Shown in pieces: positions 55,076 through 63,508 of a stretch of 64,000 nucleotides of DNA (its first letter is position 1; every line of letters begins with the position of its first letter). The translations under genes were made by a program, and so were the position numbers. The stretch comes from a virus. The notes beneath the pieces were generated by a model. That model saw nothing but the letters and a program-made list of their open reading frames with translations. It did no database searches and was not told where the DNA came from. The stretch is taken from positions 1 to 64,000 of the IMG/VR virus record IMGVR_UViG_3300045988_104111. One strand, 5' to 3'.

Positions 55076-55614
55076 TATTCGTCCACCTCATATTCCAATT
55101 CAATCAATGTCATAATAGCATAATTAGCCATATCAAGCAATGTGTCCTCGATCTTCTCATCTTTAACCTGAGCATCATGTGATACAGCAAGCGACATGAG
55201 CCGATTCATCTTATCACTAAGACGGGTCACAGCACTGATAATCCCTAGTTTTTTGTATGTGTCACCAAATGAATCACCATAGTCATGATTCTTTGCTTTA
55301 TATACCTGATTGAGCTTCTTGCAGATTGCACAATGCCGCGCCACCTTTGGTTCAATATGTAACTTAATGTCGTCAGGCTCTTTGTCACAGCATTCAGCTT
55401 CAGCATTTTCACAAGCTGCTGGATCAAGCTCTTTATACCAACCATAGATTTTATCAAGCATCTTATCGTCCATTTCATTAAATGCACAAGCATATTTATT
55501 TGTAAATTCATCTGTTTCTTTATCGTACATATTTTTTAATTCACATTTATCACAAGTATCACCACAATGGTCACAATACCATTCAAGTGTTGCCACTTTT
55601 TCATCTCTTGTCAT
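55075..55614 (-). CDS. DUF1599-like nucleotide-metabolism-associated protein with a Cys-rich N-terminus
   Basis: KNHDYGDSFG...RLSDKMNRL...DTLLDMANYAIM pattern. Confidence 0.45.
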   Translation of the reverse strand: MTRDEKVATLEWYCDHCGDTCDKCELKNMYDKETDEFTNKYACAFNEMDDKMLDKIYGWYKELDPAACENAEAECCDKEPDDIKLHIEPKVARHCAICKKLNQVYKAKNHDYGDSFGDTYKKLGIISAVTRLSDKMNRLMSLAVSHDAQVKDEKIEDTLLDMANYAIMTLIELEYEVDE

Positions 55615-55616
55615 GT

Positions 55617-56972
55617 TTATTCATCCTCCTCATTTTCATCACAATCTTCATCTACAAAATGAACATCTACATGAAATTCATTACGCAGTACATCAATAGC
55701 TTCTTTGGGGCTTACATAGAAAAATTCCTTATGTTTGTTTTCCTTATTGACTCGCTTATCGTCAAAATAATCATGGACGCGCGTCTCAAGGTCAAATACG
55801 TCATCATCAAACACAAGTCCATAGCAAACGAATGGGAACGGTACTGATGCCGACGATAATTCGGAAATTCTACGCAAGGGCTGGAGACGACGTGTTACTC
55901 CCAGCTTGCAGCAATTTGGCATAGCAGGAGTTGCCGTGATATACAAATATCCAGCTTTTGCATTGTTGACACGATAATCAATATCTGCAATACGCTTATC
56001 AATAGCTCTTAGCGTTGCTTCAAATTTAGCGCGTTCTTCAGCGTTGAGCGTCCTTCGCAGAGATTGTTCATACATACGACGTTCCTTTTGAAGCTCTGCT
56101 TTTTCGCGTTCAGCCTCAGCGAGTAACTGTTCTTGTTCTCTTAATCTGCGTTTTTCTTCACGGATTCGCGCCTTTTCTTCTTTCTGCTTGACCTTGATAG
56201 CTAAGTTGATATCTAGCATATCAAGTCGCGCTTTTACATATTCAGCATTAAGCGCTAATCCAACTTTATTTGCTTTAGACTGATAAGAATTAAATTTATT
56301 CTTAATCAATTCTTTGCTCTTAGCAACATTGTTTGCAGTTACAGATTTTTCTTTGCTGTCAATATATGCGTTGCAACTGTAAATCAATCCGCGCCCATAT
56401 ACATCTTGCATTTCTTTGCCACGTCTATCTGATCCATCGAGTCTATATCCTTGCTCAATGCGATATAAGCCAGCATTAACAGCGGATTTAATTTTACTTT
56501 GTAACTCATAGCGTCGATGCTCAAGTTCATCCAATGAATCTTGATAATATGGGATATTATAATCTTGCATTTCTTCAATCATATGGATTTGACCATTTAG
56601 AGCATCAAGGACAGCTTGAGCTTCATTCACAGCAATTTCAACGCAATCAGCCTTATTCTGGCTGGATGTAGTTAGCTCATCTAATTCCTTAATTTTTTCT
56701 TGCATTGCTTTTTGCTTGGCTTCAAGCAGGGCAATATTTTCTTTGATTACCGCTTTTTTCTTATTCAGTTTGAAAATCTCGAACACGTCTAGCCGCCTCC
56801 TTACCAAAATCTTGTCTATGTGCTTATCAAAATCCAATGGATTATTGCTCTTTGCTAAAATCTGCTTGGTGCTGGTATTATATAGCTCGAATTGCCCATT
56901 TCCGCAATCGTTGATAATCCAGCCAGTATTACCATATTGTACCGTGGGGTTAATTTTCTTTGTTCTTGGCAT
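55617..56972 (-). CDS. DUF4041 coiled-coil plus T5orf172 (GIY-YIG-related) domain protein
   Basis: C-terminal GYLYI...CKLGVTRRLQPLRRISELSSASVPFPF...EFFYV with a long K/E-rich coiled coil. Confidence 0.6.
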   Translation of the reverse strand: MPRTKKINPTVQYGNTGWIINDCGNGQFELYNTSTKQILAKSNNPLDFDKHIDKILVRRRLDVFEIFKLNKKKAVIKENIALLEAKQKAMQEKIKELDELTTSSQNKADCVEIAVNEAQAVLDALNGQIHMIEEMQDYNIPYYQDSLDELEHRRYELQSKIKSAVNAGLYRIEQGYRLDGSDRRGKEMQDVYGRGLIYSCNAYIDSKEKSVTANNVAKSKELIKNKFNSYQSKANKVGLALNAEYVKARLDMLDINLAIKVKQKEEKARIREEKRRLREQEQLLAEAEREKAELQKERRMYEQSLRRTLNAEERAKFEATLRAIDKRIADIDYRVNNAKAGYLYITATPAMPNCCKLGVTRRLQPLRRISELSSASVPFPFVCYGLVFDDDVFDLETRVHDYFDDKRVNKENKHKEFFYVSPKEAIDVLRNEFHVDVHFVDEDCDENEEDE

Positions 56973-57004
56973 TTATTTTCACCTCATGTTGTAATTATAT
57001 CACA

Positions 57005-57033
57005 TCAATTTGCATTTGTCAAGCATAATTTTT
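57005..57033 (-). promoter_or_regulatory. sigma-A type promoter (leftward, outer)
   Basis: Minus strand reads TTGACA-17-TATAAT (TGa). Confidence 0.65.
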
Positions 57034-57064
57034 GACAAATTGATTTTTCACATCAATTTAACTA

Positions 57065-57110
57065 TTATCTATGAATTTATGAATAGATAATAGTTAAATT
57101 GTAATTATAT
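57065..57110. repeat. 18-bp perfect inverted repeat with a 10-bp spacer (operator or hairpin)
   Basis: aatttaactattatctat (57065-82) pairs with atagataatagttaaatt (57093-110). Confidence 0.7.
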
Positions 57111-57190
57111 ATTATTATACTAGATATTATAGCATATAAATATTACAGTATTATGAACTATATGTTAATAAATTATGAATATATTTATAC

Positions 57191-57219
57191 TTGACAAATA
57201 CTGTAATATATGATATAAT
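57191..57219 (+). promoter_or_regulatory. sigma-A type promoter (rightward, inner)
   Basis: TTGACA-17-TATAAT (TGa). Confidence 0.65.
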
Positions 57220-57238
57220 ATATATAATAATATAAGAG

Positions 57239-57267
57239 ATTATATCACATCAATCAATTTTTGTCAA
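57239..57267 (-). promoter_or_regulatory. sigma-A type promoter (leftward, inner), face-to-face with 57191-57219
   Basis: Minus strand reads TTGACA-17-TATAAT (TGa). Confidence 0.65.
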
Positions 57268-57282
57268 GTATAAATTTTAGTA

Positions 57283-57311
57283 TTGACAAATAATCAATTA
57301 TATGATATAAT
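57283..57311 (+). promoter_or_regulatory. sigma-A type promoter of the RNAP operon (rightward, outer)
   Basis: TTGACA-17-TATAAT (TGa). Confidence 0.65.
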
Positions 57312-57340
57312 AGCATTAAGCTCAAGGAGGTGGTAGGAAA

Positions 57341-57484
57341 TTGTGGAGCGAAATGAGCTATAACTGGTATATATCGGAAGATACAGAACCAGAAGTATGG
57401 GATGATGAATATGAGCCAACTGAGCGTGATTGGGCGCTTTGGATATATGGTAGTTCAGAGAATGAATTAGAGGTGATTTATTAA
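57341..57484 (+). CDS. 47-aa acidic, Trp-rich leader protein translationally coupled to the RNAP ORF
   Basis: AAGGAGGTGG SD, TTG 57341 (or ATG 57353). TAA 57482-84 abuts the GTG 57485. Confidence 0.45.
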   Translation: MWSEMSYNWYISEDTEPEVWDDEYEPTERDWALWIYGSSENELEVIY

Positions 57485-60073
57485 GTGCCATTGACAGAGT
57501 TCTGTTATATACCTTCTGTGGCAACAGATGCTTTTTATACACTAAAGGAACAAGCAATACATAATCGGCTTGTCAGACTATACACTTTGAGAATGCGCGA
57601 AAAAGACGTTCAGAATCGAAAATGGCGTGTTTCATCAATCAACCGTGTTATCAAAAAGCATAAAGACGAGCTTGTAGCATTGCTAAAAAAATCGCTTGAA
57701 AGTAATATCACTCGAGAACTTAATCCAAATGCAGTAACAGATAAGACGATTATCAATCTGTTTTGCTCTGAGTTGACTCGTAGCCTTGGCATTAAGACGT
57801 TTGAGCGAAGTGACAAAATTATCATTGTCAATGTTTTCTTTTTCGAGGTATTAAATAGCATCATTCATAATGGTTTCAATTACAATGGGGAACATTATAT
57901 TTTCTATTCATGTGGTGCTGGCATGATACGCACAAAGCGATTCATGGCTGTTCGTGAAAAAGATTATTTAGCTGTTGAGCAAACTCTTATGTGCGGACTG
58001 ACCATTGATTCAATCAATGCGCTGGGCGGCATGAATGAAAACAAGCTATTGAGTTATAAGAGTCTTATGGCGTCTGCGACCGACAGAATTGAGAACTTTG
58101 ATATAGATCGCTGTATTGTAGTTGATGATTTTGAAATGCCGGTTATAGCTGAATCAGATTTTATTGATTATACAGATTACAGCATTACGCGAAAAACGTC
58201 TGAGACGATTATAGCTGAGACGGATGGTTGGGGTATGTGTTGCAAGTCCGGATTCAAGACGCAAATCATCCGAGCACCTTGGATAAAAGGATTGGTATCT
58301 TACTTTGATTTCAGGTCATGGCTTAAAGAATATTGTCCCGCTGACGATTGGACTGTAACCGATATATATGGTAAAGAATGGAATATTCTTGAGGACGATA
58401 TTCAGTACATCCTAACGAAGTCAATGTTTAAGCTACACAAGTTCTATCCATCTTGGCTGTGTTACAAGGCTAATTTCAAGAGCTATGGCTGCTATTTTGG
58501 TTGTTGTAAAGTTGAGGAAGATTATATCCCAAAGGCAAGAATCAATTACCAGATGCTTCAATCTTTAAGTGATATGACAGACAATGAGATTGAGCGGCTT
58601 ATTGTCAAGACGGCAGATGAAATTGATAGCGTCGGACGAGATTATCAAACTACCATGAGGCTATTAGGCGCGACCGAATATAATCAAACAAAATCAGCCA
58701 TGCAAGAAGCGTTGACAATATACCCAGAATTATTCAAAGATGCGTATAACAGGGAGTTGCTGAAACAGACAAAGAAAAGTTTGGTAAAACAAGCAAGAGG
58801 CGGTAGATTGAGAATTAACGGCAAATACTTGTTTATATCTCCAGACCCAGTTGCATTTTGTGAGTGGTTATTTAAGGGTGAGCAATTCCCAACTGGTATA
58901 CTTGAAAATGGAGAGGTTTACACCAACCAATTCAAAGACGGCGACGAGCTTGATTGTTTGAGAAGCCCACACTTGTATCAAGAACATGCAGTTAGAATTA
59001 ACAAGCGAAATGAGCTGACTGATAAATGGCTTGGTGGAACAAAATGTGTGTATTTCAGTTGCCACGATATGATTAGTCGTATATTGCAACAGGATTTTGA
59101 TGGGGATATTTCCTTGGTTGTGAAGGATAGGACGTTGACAACTGTGGCAAAGCGCAACATGCAAGGAATTGTACCGTTATCGTATGACCTCAAAAAAGCA
59201 CGTGGGGGCATTATTGATGCTGACAGATTGTATGAGGGTGTGAGTACAGCATATACAGGTGGTTCAATCGGGCCAATTAGTAACGCAATTAGTAAAGTAA
59301 AAAATGCTAATGGCGGTAAAATGACTGATGAGCAAATTAGAGTAATTGCTTGGCTCACAATGAAGAATAATCAAATTATTGATTTTGCGAAAACGTTGTG
59401 GAAAAGTGAACCGCCAAAAGAAATAGCCGATATTATCAAAAAATACACAAAATCAAAACTACCTAATTTTTTCATTTACGCAAAAGACAAAGACCCAGAT
59501 ACACAAGTTGAGCCTCCCAACAATTCCACGATGAATCGCATCTCAGCTAAAATTCCTACGTCCCGAATCCGCTACAATAACAAGATTGGGAAATTCGACT
59601 GGACGATGCTGATAAATAAGTCAGTCGATTATACCACTAGAGAAAATTCGCCAATCATCGAGAGGTATAATTGGTGGATAAGAAATCAACGTCGATTTGA
59701 CTATGGTGATGACACGCATATCAATGAGAACGATTTATATAAATATCGCCGCATAGCACAAGATATAGTGGAATATAGCAATGAACCACTAGATGTTGTT
59801 GTCAATAGTTTGGTTGCTTATTTATATACGGTCAAAAAATCAAGCAATAAGAAAATGCTATGGGCTTGTTTTGGTTGGACGATTGTAGATAATTTGAGAA
59901 TCAATACGGCGCAACTTAATCCAATCTGCCCCATTTGTGGTAAGCGGTTCAAGCCACGTGATGTATGCCAGCATTATTGTTCTGAAGAATGCTATAAGAA
60001 AGCAGATAATCAGCGGCGTATTGAATCGCGTGAAGCACCACCTGTCCGCACGGGGGATATGTTAAAACAATAG
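57485..60073 (+). CDS. YonO-like single-chain two-barrel (DPBB) RNA polymerase
   Basis: CLRSPHLYQEH...VYFSCHDMISRILQQDFDGDISLVV (beta-prime-type metal motif). Upstream QIIRAPWIKGLV barrel-like block. C-terminal zinc ribbon. Confidence 0.65.
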   Translation: MPLTEFCYIPSVATDAFYTLKEQAIHNRLVRLYTLRMREKDVQNRKWRVSSINRVIKKHKDELVALLKKSLESNITRELNPNAVTDKTIINLFCSELTRSLGIKTFERSDKIIIVNVFFFEVLNSIIHNGFNYNGEHYIFYSCGAGMIRTKRFMAVREKDYLAVEQTLMCGLTIDSINALGGMNENKLLSYKSLMASATDRIENFDIDRCIVVDDFEMPVIAESDFIDYTDYSITRKTSETIIAETDGWGMCCKSGFKTQIIRAPWIKGLVSYFDFRSWLKEYCPADDWTVTDIYGKEWNILEDDIQYILTKSMFKLHKFYPSWLCYKANFKSYGCYFGCCKVEEDYIPKARINYQMLQSLSDMTDNEIERLIVKTADEIDSVGRDYQTTMRLLGATEYNQTKSAMQEALTIYPELFKDAYNRELLKQTKKSLVKQARGGRLRINGKYLFISPDPVAFCEWLFKGEQFPTGILENGEVYTNQFKDGDELDCLRSPHLYQEHAVRINKRNELTDKWLGGTKCVYFSCHDMISRILQQDFDGDISLVVKDRTLTTVAKRNMQGIVPLSYDLKKARGGIIDADRLYEGVSTAYTGGSIGPISNAISKVKNANGGKMTDEQIRVIAWLTMKNNQIIDFAKTLWKSEPPKEIADIIKKYTKSKLPNFFIYAKDKDPDTQVEPPNNSTMNRISAKIPTSRIRYNNKIGKFDWTMLINKSVDYTTRENSPIIERYNWWIRNQRRFDYGDDTHINENDLYKYRRIAQDIVEYSNEPLDVVVNSLVAYLYTVKKSSNKKMLWACFGWTIVDNLRINTAQLNPICPICGKRFKPRDVCQHYCSEECYKKADNQRRIESREAPPVRTGDMLKQ

Positions 60074-60141
60074 GAAATATATAGATAAAACGAACTCACC
60101 ACAACATATTGTGGTAAACTAATAGGGGAAGGACGATATAA

Positions 60142-60561
60142 TTGCATAAAAATAAATATCCTCGGCTAGGTAAAGCCGATATGAGCAAAGAGTTACGACG
60201 GCGTACAGGCGTTGATTCTAAAATTATTGAATTAGTATTAAGAAATTATCATGATATTATCCGCGAGACACTACAGCATGGCGTGGAGTATTCACTACCT
60301 GATATTGGTGTTATTACATTCCGCGACCATCCACCTAAACCAGCTGGAGAATATTGGAATGGATTCCAAAAGCGGCGTATGTACTATCCTGACAGAATGG
60401 GATATTATCGGTTAGAGTTCAAGGCTGAGAAGCATATGGCTAGTTATGTAAAAGCTGGCACATTGTATGGTAAAGGTCCAACCAAAGAAGAATGGGACGC
60501 TTGGGTATTAGAGAATTATCCCGACAATCCTAAATTCATGAAGGAAGAAGAAGATGGCTGA
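60142..60561 (+). CDS. divergent DNABII (HU/IHF-fold) protein
   Basis: LPDIGVITFRDHPPKPAG...YRLEFKAEKHM follows the HU G.G.F....R.....P..G......F+ layout with an extended arm. Confidence 0.5.
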   Translation: MHKNKYPRLGKADMSKELRRRTGVDSKIIELVLRNYHDIIRETLQHGVEYSLPDIGVITFRDHPPKPAGEYWNGFQKRRMYYPDRMGYYRLEFKAEKHMASYVKAGTLYGKGPTKEEWDAWVLENYPDNPKFMKEEEDG

Positions 60562-61117
60562 ATATAACAAGCTGAATCAGGAATTTTATGCTTATGCGGC
60601 TAGTTTACTTGAATCCAAACCAGAGACAGTAAAAAAGTATTGGCAAGCATGTGTTGACACAATTGTGCATATATTGCATTTTGATGGTAGGTGTCAAATG
60701 CCGGGGGTTGGTACGTTTAGATTAAAGCAACATCCTGAACGCAGAGTAATGGCTAAGAATGAAGCTGGTGAACTTGTTGAGCAAATTAACCCAGCTTGGT
60801 TTAGTATAACCTATGACGCAAATGACGCATTTATAAACAATGTAAATGGTAAAGGTGTAACCAAATTATATCGTCAAAGGGTAAGAAATCGTAAGTTGAC
60901 ACCTAATGACTTAAAGTTAATTACCCAAGCAGAAGTAGAGCGAACAGCCCGAAAGACGCTTGAGCAAATGGCACAAGATCGTATGGAGCAAGCAAAGCAA
61001 CAGAGCTACGATGATTTCATCAATGTAATCAATAAGAAAAAAGAAGAATACGAACGGAAAAAGAAGGAAAAGGAACAGAAACTGAATGAATCTACAGAAG
61101 ATACGACAAGCGACTGA
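60554..61117 (+). CDS. divergent DNABII (HU/IHF-fold) protein with a K/E-rich tail
   Basis: MPGVGTFRLKQHPERRVMAKNEAGELVEQINPAWFSITYD follows the HU core pattern. Confidence 0.5.
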   Translation: MAEYNKLNQEFYAYAASLLESKPETVKKYWQACVDTIVHILHFDGRCQMPGVGTFRLKQHPERRVMAKNEAGELVEQINPAWFSITYDANDAFINNVNGKGVTKLYRQRVRNRKLTPNDLKLITQAEVERTARKTLEQMAQDRMEQAKQQSYDDFINVINKKKEEYERKKKEKEQKLNESTEDTTSD

Positions 61118-62267
61118 GCTACTAGATAGCAAGTTAATTGACTTGCAAGAATGGACGGCGCGTTGTCTTGGTGAAGATTATAGGGGCGTTTGGTCAGAGG
61201 AATATCTACGCAGATGTGCCGTATTTGTTCGCAATATGCTAAACGGCGCAGATGATTGTGAATCAGACGAAAAGGATGCCAATATTCTATCACAGCTTAG
61301 AGAGGCTAAGATTGAGTTAGAAAAAGAACGCAAGAAATTACAGACAACTGGATTACAAATTCAAGAAAATTATAGGAATCTTGCCCGTAGTGAGTTAATG
61401 ATTGAACAGATTGGAGACGCTATTCGTGGACTTGACCAAATAGTTATTAAACAATTTGAGCATACAAATCCTCAGCAAAGGACAGCTCTGCTTGTTGTGG
61501 CAGACCAGCACTATGATTCCAATTTTAAGGTTGATGGATTGTGGGGAGAAACAGTAAATCTTTATAATAAAGACGTTTTTGCAAATCGTATGTGGAGTCT
61601 TTTGGCAAAAATGGATGCCGATAAATTTGATTATGATGTATTAAAGGTGGTATCATGTGGCGATGCACTTGAGGGACTTATCAGAATGTCATCCTTGCAA
61701 AAACTACGCCAACCTGTTGTGAAATCTACGATTGAATTTGCGGAATTTATGAGTCAATGGCTTGTTGAAGCAAGCAATCGTTTGGGTATTCCTGTCGAAT
61801 TCGCAATAGTTCCGGGAAATCATTCAACTCTCAGAATACTTACACAAAAGCCAGAGTTTCCAGAGGAGAACTTAGAATATATCATTCATAAGTTTATCGA
61901 AATCAGGCTTGAAAATGAAGAAAATGTGACTGTTGAACCATATAACGACGTTTATTTTACAACTATCTATAATGAGAACATGGTATTTACTCATGGAGAA
62001 AATAAAGACATATCTGATGTAATAAGGCATCTTGAAAATATGTATGATGTGACCATTGACAGATGTTATGCAGCACATTATCATAGTAGTTCAACTAAAG
62101 ATATTGGCGTTGGCAACGTTGGAGCCAAACAAATTATTCGTGTTCCTTCAATTTGTGGAACAGACCCATATGCTGTGAAATGTTGTAAAAATAATCGTGC
62201 TGGTGCATATTTTGCTGTTTTTGATGAAGACGGCGAATGTTTTAATAAAATTTATTATTTGTCTTGA
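61086..62267 (+). CDS. calcineurin-like metallophosphoesterase
   Basis: Ordered motifs ADQHY, CGDALEG, PGNHS, THGEN, AAHYHS. Confidence 0.65.
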   Translation: MNLQKIRQATELLDSKLIDLQEWTARCLGEDYRGVWSEEYLRRCAVFVRNMLNGADDCESDEKDANILSQLREAKIELEKERKKLQTTGLQIQENYRNLARSELMIEQIGDAIRGLDQIVIKQFEHTNPQQRTALLVVADQHYDSNFKVDGLWGETVNLYNKDVFANRMWSLLAKMDADKFDYDVLKVVSCGDALEGLIRMSSLQKLRQPVVKSTIEFAEFMSQWLVEASNRLGIPVEFAIVPGNHSTLRILTQKPEFPEENLEYIIHKFIEIRLENEENVTVEPYNDVYFTTIYNENMVFTHGENKDISDVIRHLENMYDVTIDRCYAAHYHSSSTKDIGVGNVGAKQIIRVPSICGTDPYAVKCCKNNRAGAYFAVFDEDGECFNKIYYLS

Positions 62268-62292
62268 CATAAGTAAAGATATATGGTATAAT
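62264..62292 (+). promoter_or_regulatory. sigma-A type promoter overlapping the upstream stop codon
   Basis: TTGACA-17-TATAAT (TGg). Confidence 0.65.
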
Positions 62293-62298
62293 ATAATA

Positions 62299-62355
62299 AA
62301 GCGGGACAGGGAGTAGCTACCTTGCCGAGTGCCCTTAACACTTGGCTAACCGCTT
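62299..62355 (+). other. 57-nt three-way-junction-like leader structure
   Basis: Outer helix AAGCGG/CCGCTT enclosing CAGGG-8nt-CCTTG and GCCGAGTG-ccctaa-type hairpin GCCGAGTG/CACTTGGC. Confidence 0.3.
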
Positions 62356-62379
62356 AAAATAAATAATCTTTAAGGGAGA

Positions 62380-63177
62380 TTGATATTTGTTATGGTAAGA
62401 AAATATACTTATGAAGCAATTTGTAAAATTTTTGAAGAAAAGGGATTTCTTGGCTGTCTAATAGATACAAAAGAAGATTTTGAAAGAAAAGGGAAAGAGC
62501 ATAAAACAACACCATTATATACAAAGATGAGGTTTCATTGTAAATATTGTGGAAATGAATTTGAAAGAAGCTTAGCTTGTGTGAAAGTATGTGTGAGACC
62601 TTGGCTTTGTGGACCATGTTCTCAAAGTGAGGGTGCAGAAGATCAGAGAAAAGATTATGCAAAGTGTAAACAAGACATACAAGACAAGGGATTTACGCCT
62701 TTATTTAATCCAGAAGATATTCATACAGTACATCAAAAAGTTAAATGTATTGGTTCGTGTGGGCATGAAGTTATAACAAGTGTTCGTGCGTTTTTAAGAG
62801 CTAAGACATCTTTATGCGCTGAATGTGCGTCTCAAATACATTGTGGTGAGAATAATTATAATTGGAAGGGCGGTTATGAAAATGAAAAGATACGATTTAG
62901 AAAAACATATGAATTTAAGTCATTTGTAAGAGCTGTTCTAAAAAGAGATAATTATACTTGTCAGTGTTGTAATAGAAATTCCAAGAAAACCAAATTGGTA
63001 GTGCATCATAAGGATGGATATAATTGGTGTGTCGAAAAACGAACGGATGCAGATAATGGCGTTGTATTGTGCGAAGACTGTCATAAATTGTTCCACAACA
63101 TTTATGGAGCAGGAAAGAACACTAAGGAACAATATGATGAATTTATAAAGACACACTATGGCTTAATATGGGAATAA
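62380..63177 (+). CDS. HNH endonuclease with multiple zinc-ribbon repeats
   Basis: VVHHKDGYNWC...NGVVLCEDCHKLFH. The start could be TTG 62380 or ATG 62392. Confidence 0.7.
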   Translation: MIFVMVRKYTYEAICKIFEEKGFLGCLIDTKEDFERKGKEHKTTPLYTKMRFHCKYCGNEFERSLACVKVCVRPWLCGPCSQSEGAEDQRKDYAKCKQDIQDKGFTPLFNPEDIHTVHQKVKCIGSCGHEVITSVRAFLRAKTSLCAECASQIHCGENNYNWKGGYENEKIRFRKTYEFKSFVRAVLKRDNYTCQCCNRNSKKTKLVVHHKDGYNWCVEKRTDADNGVVLCEDCHKLFHNIYGAGKNTKEQYDEFIKTHYGLIWE

Positions 63178-63508
63178 TTGTGCGCATTGCTCATGTTGTT
63201 TGAAGATGGGCAAAAGACATGGACTAAGAAATATGTTTTGAATTAAATCTATCCTTGCAATAGCAAGTTTAGAAATATCCGAAAGGAGGTCACTATTCTC
63301 TTGAATTATCCACTGGTTTATCCGAAGCATAATTAAAGAAAGGATGGTGGTCAGAGCCAATCGGCTCATATCTACAATAAGCCCAACTCAATGGGGACTG
63401 TTGTTTAACTGAATATTGAACCTTGACAAATACGAAGCAACTGAGAGCAATCTTGGTTGCTTTGTCATATTGATAGGAAAATAAACGGAAATTGAAAGGA
63501 ATGAGAAT

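Noticed and set aside
63178-63508. Promoter call at TTGACA 63423-28 and small ORFs after GAAAGGAGG (63282).
   Set aside because: The -35 has no acceptable -10 at 16-18 nt. Instead it is the 5' arm of an imperfect hairpin (TGACAAA...GCAAC/GTTGC-TTTGTCA). The candidate ORFs are only 11 and 22 codons. The evidence is insufficient for any feature call.
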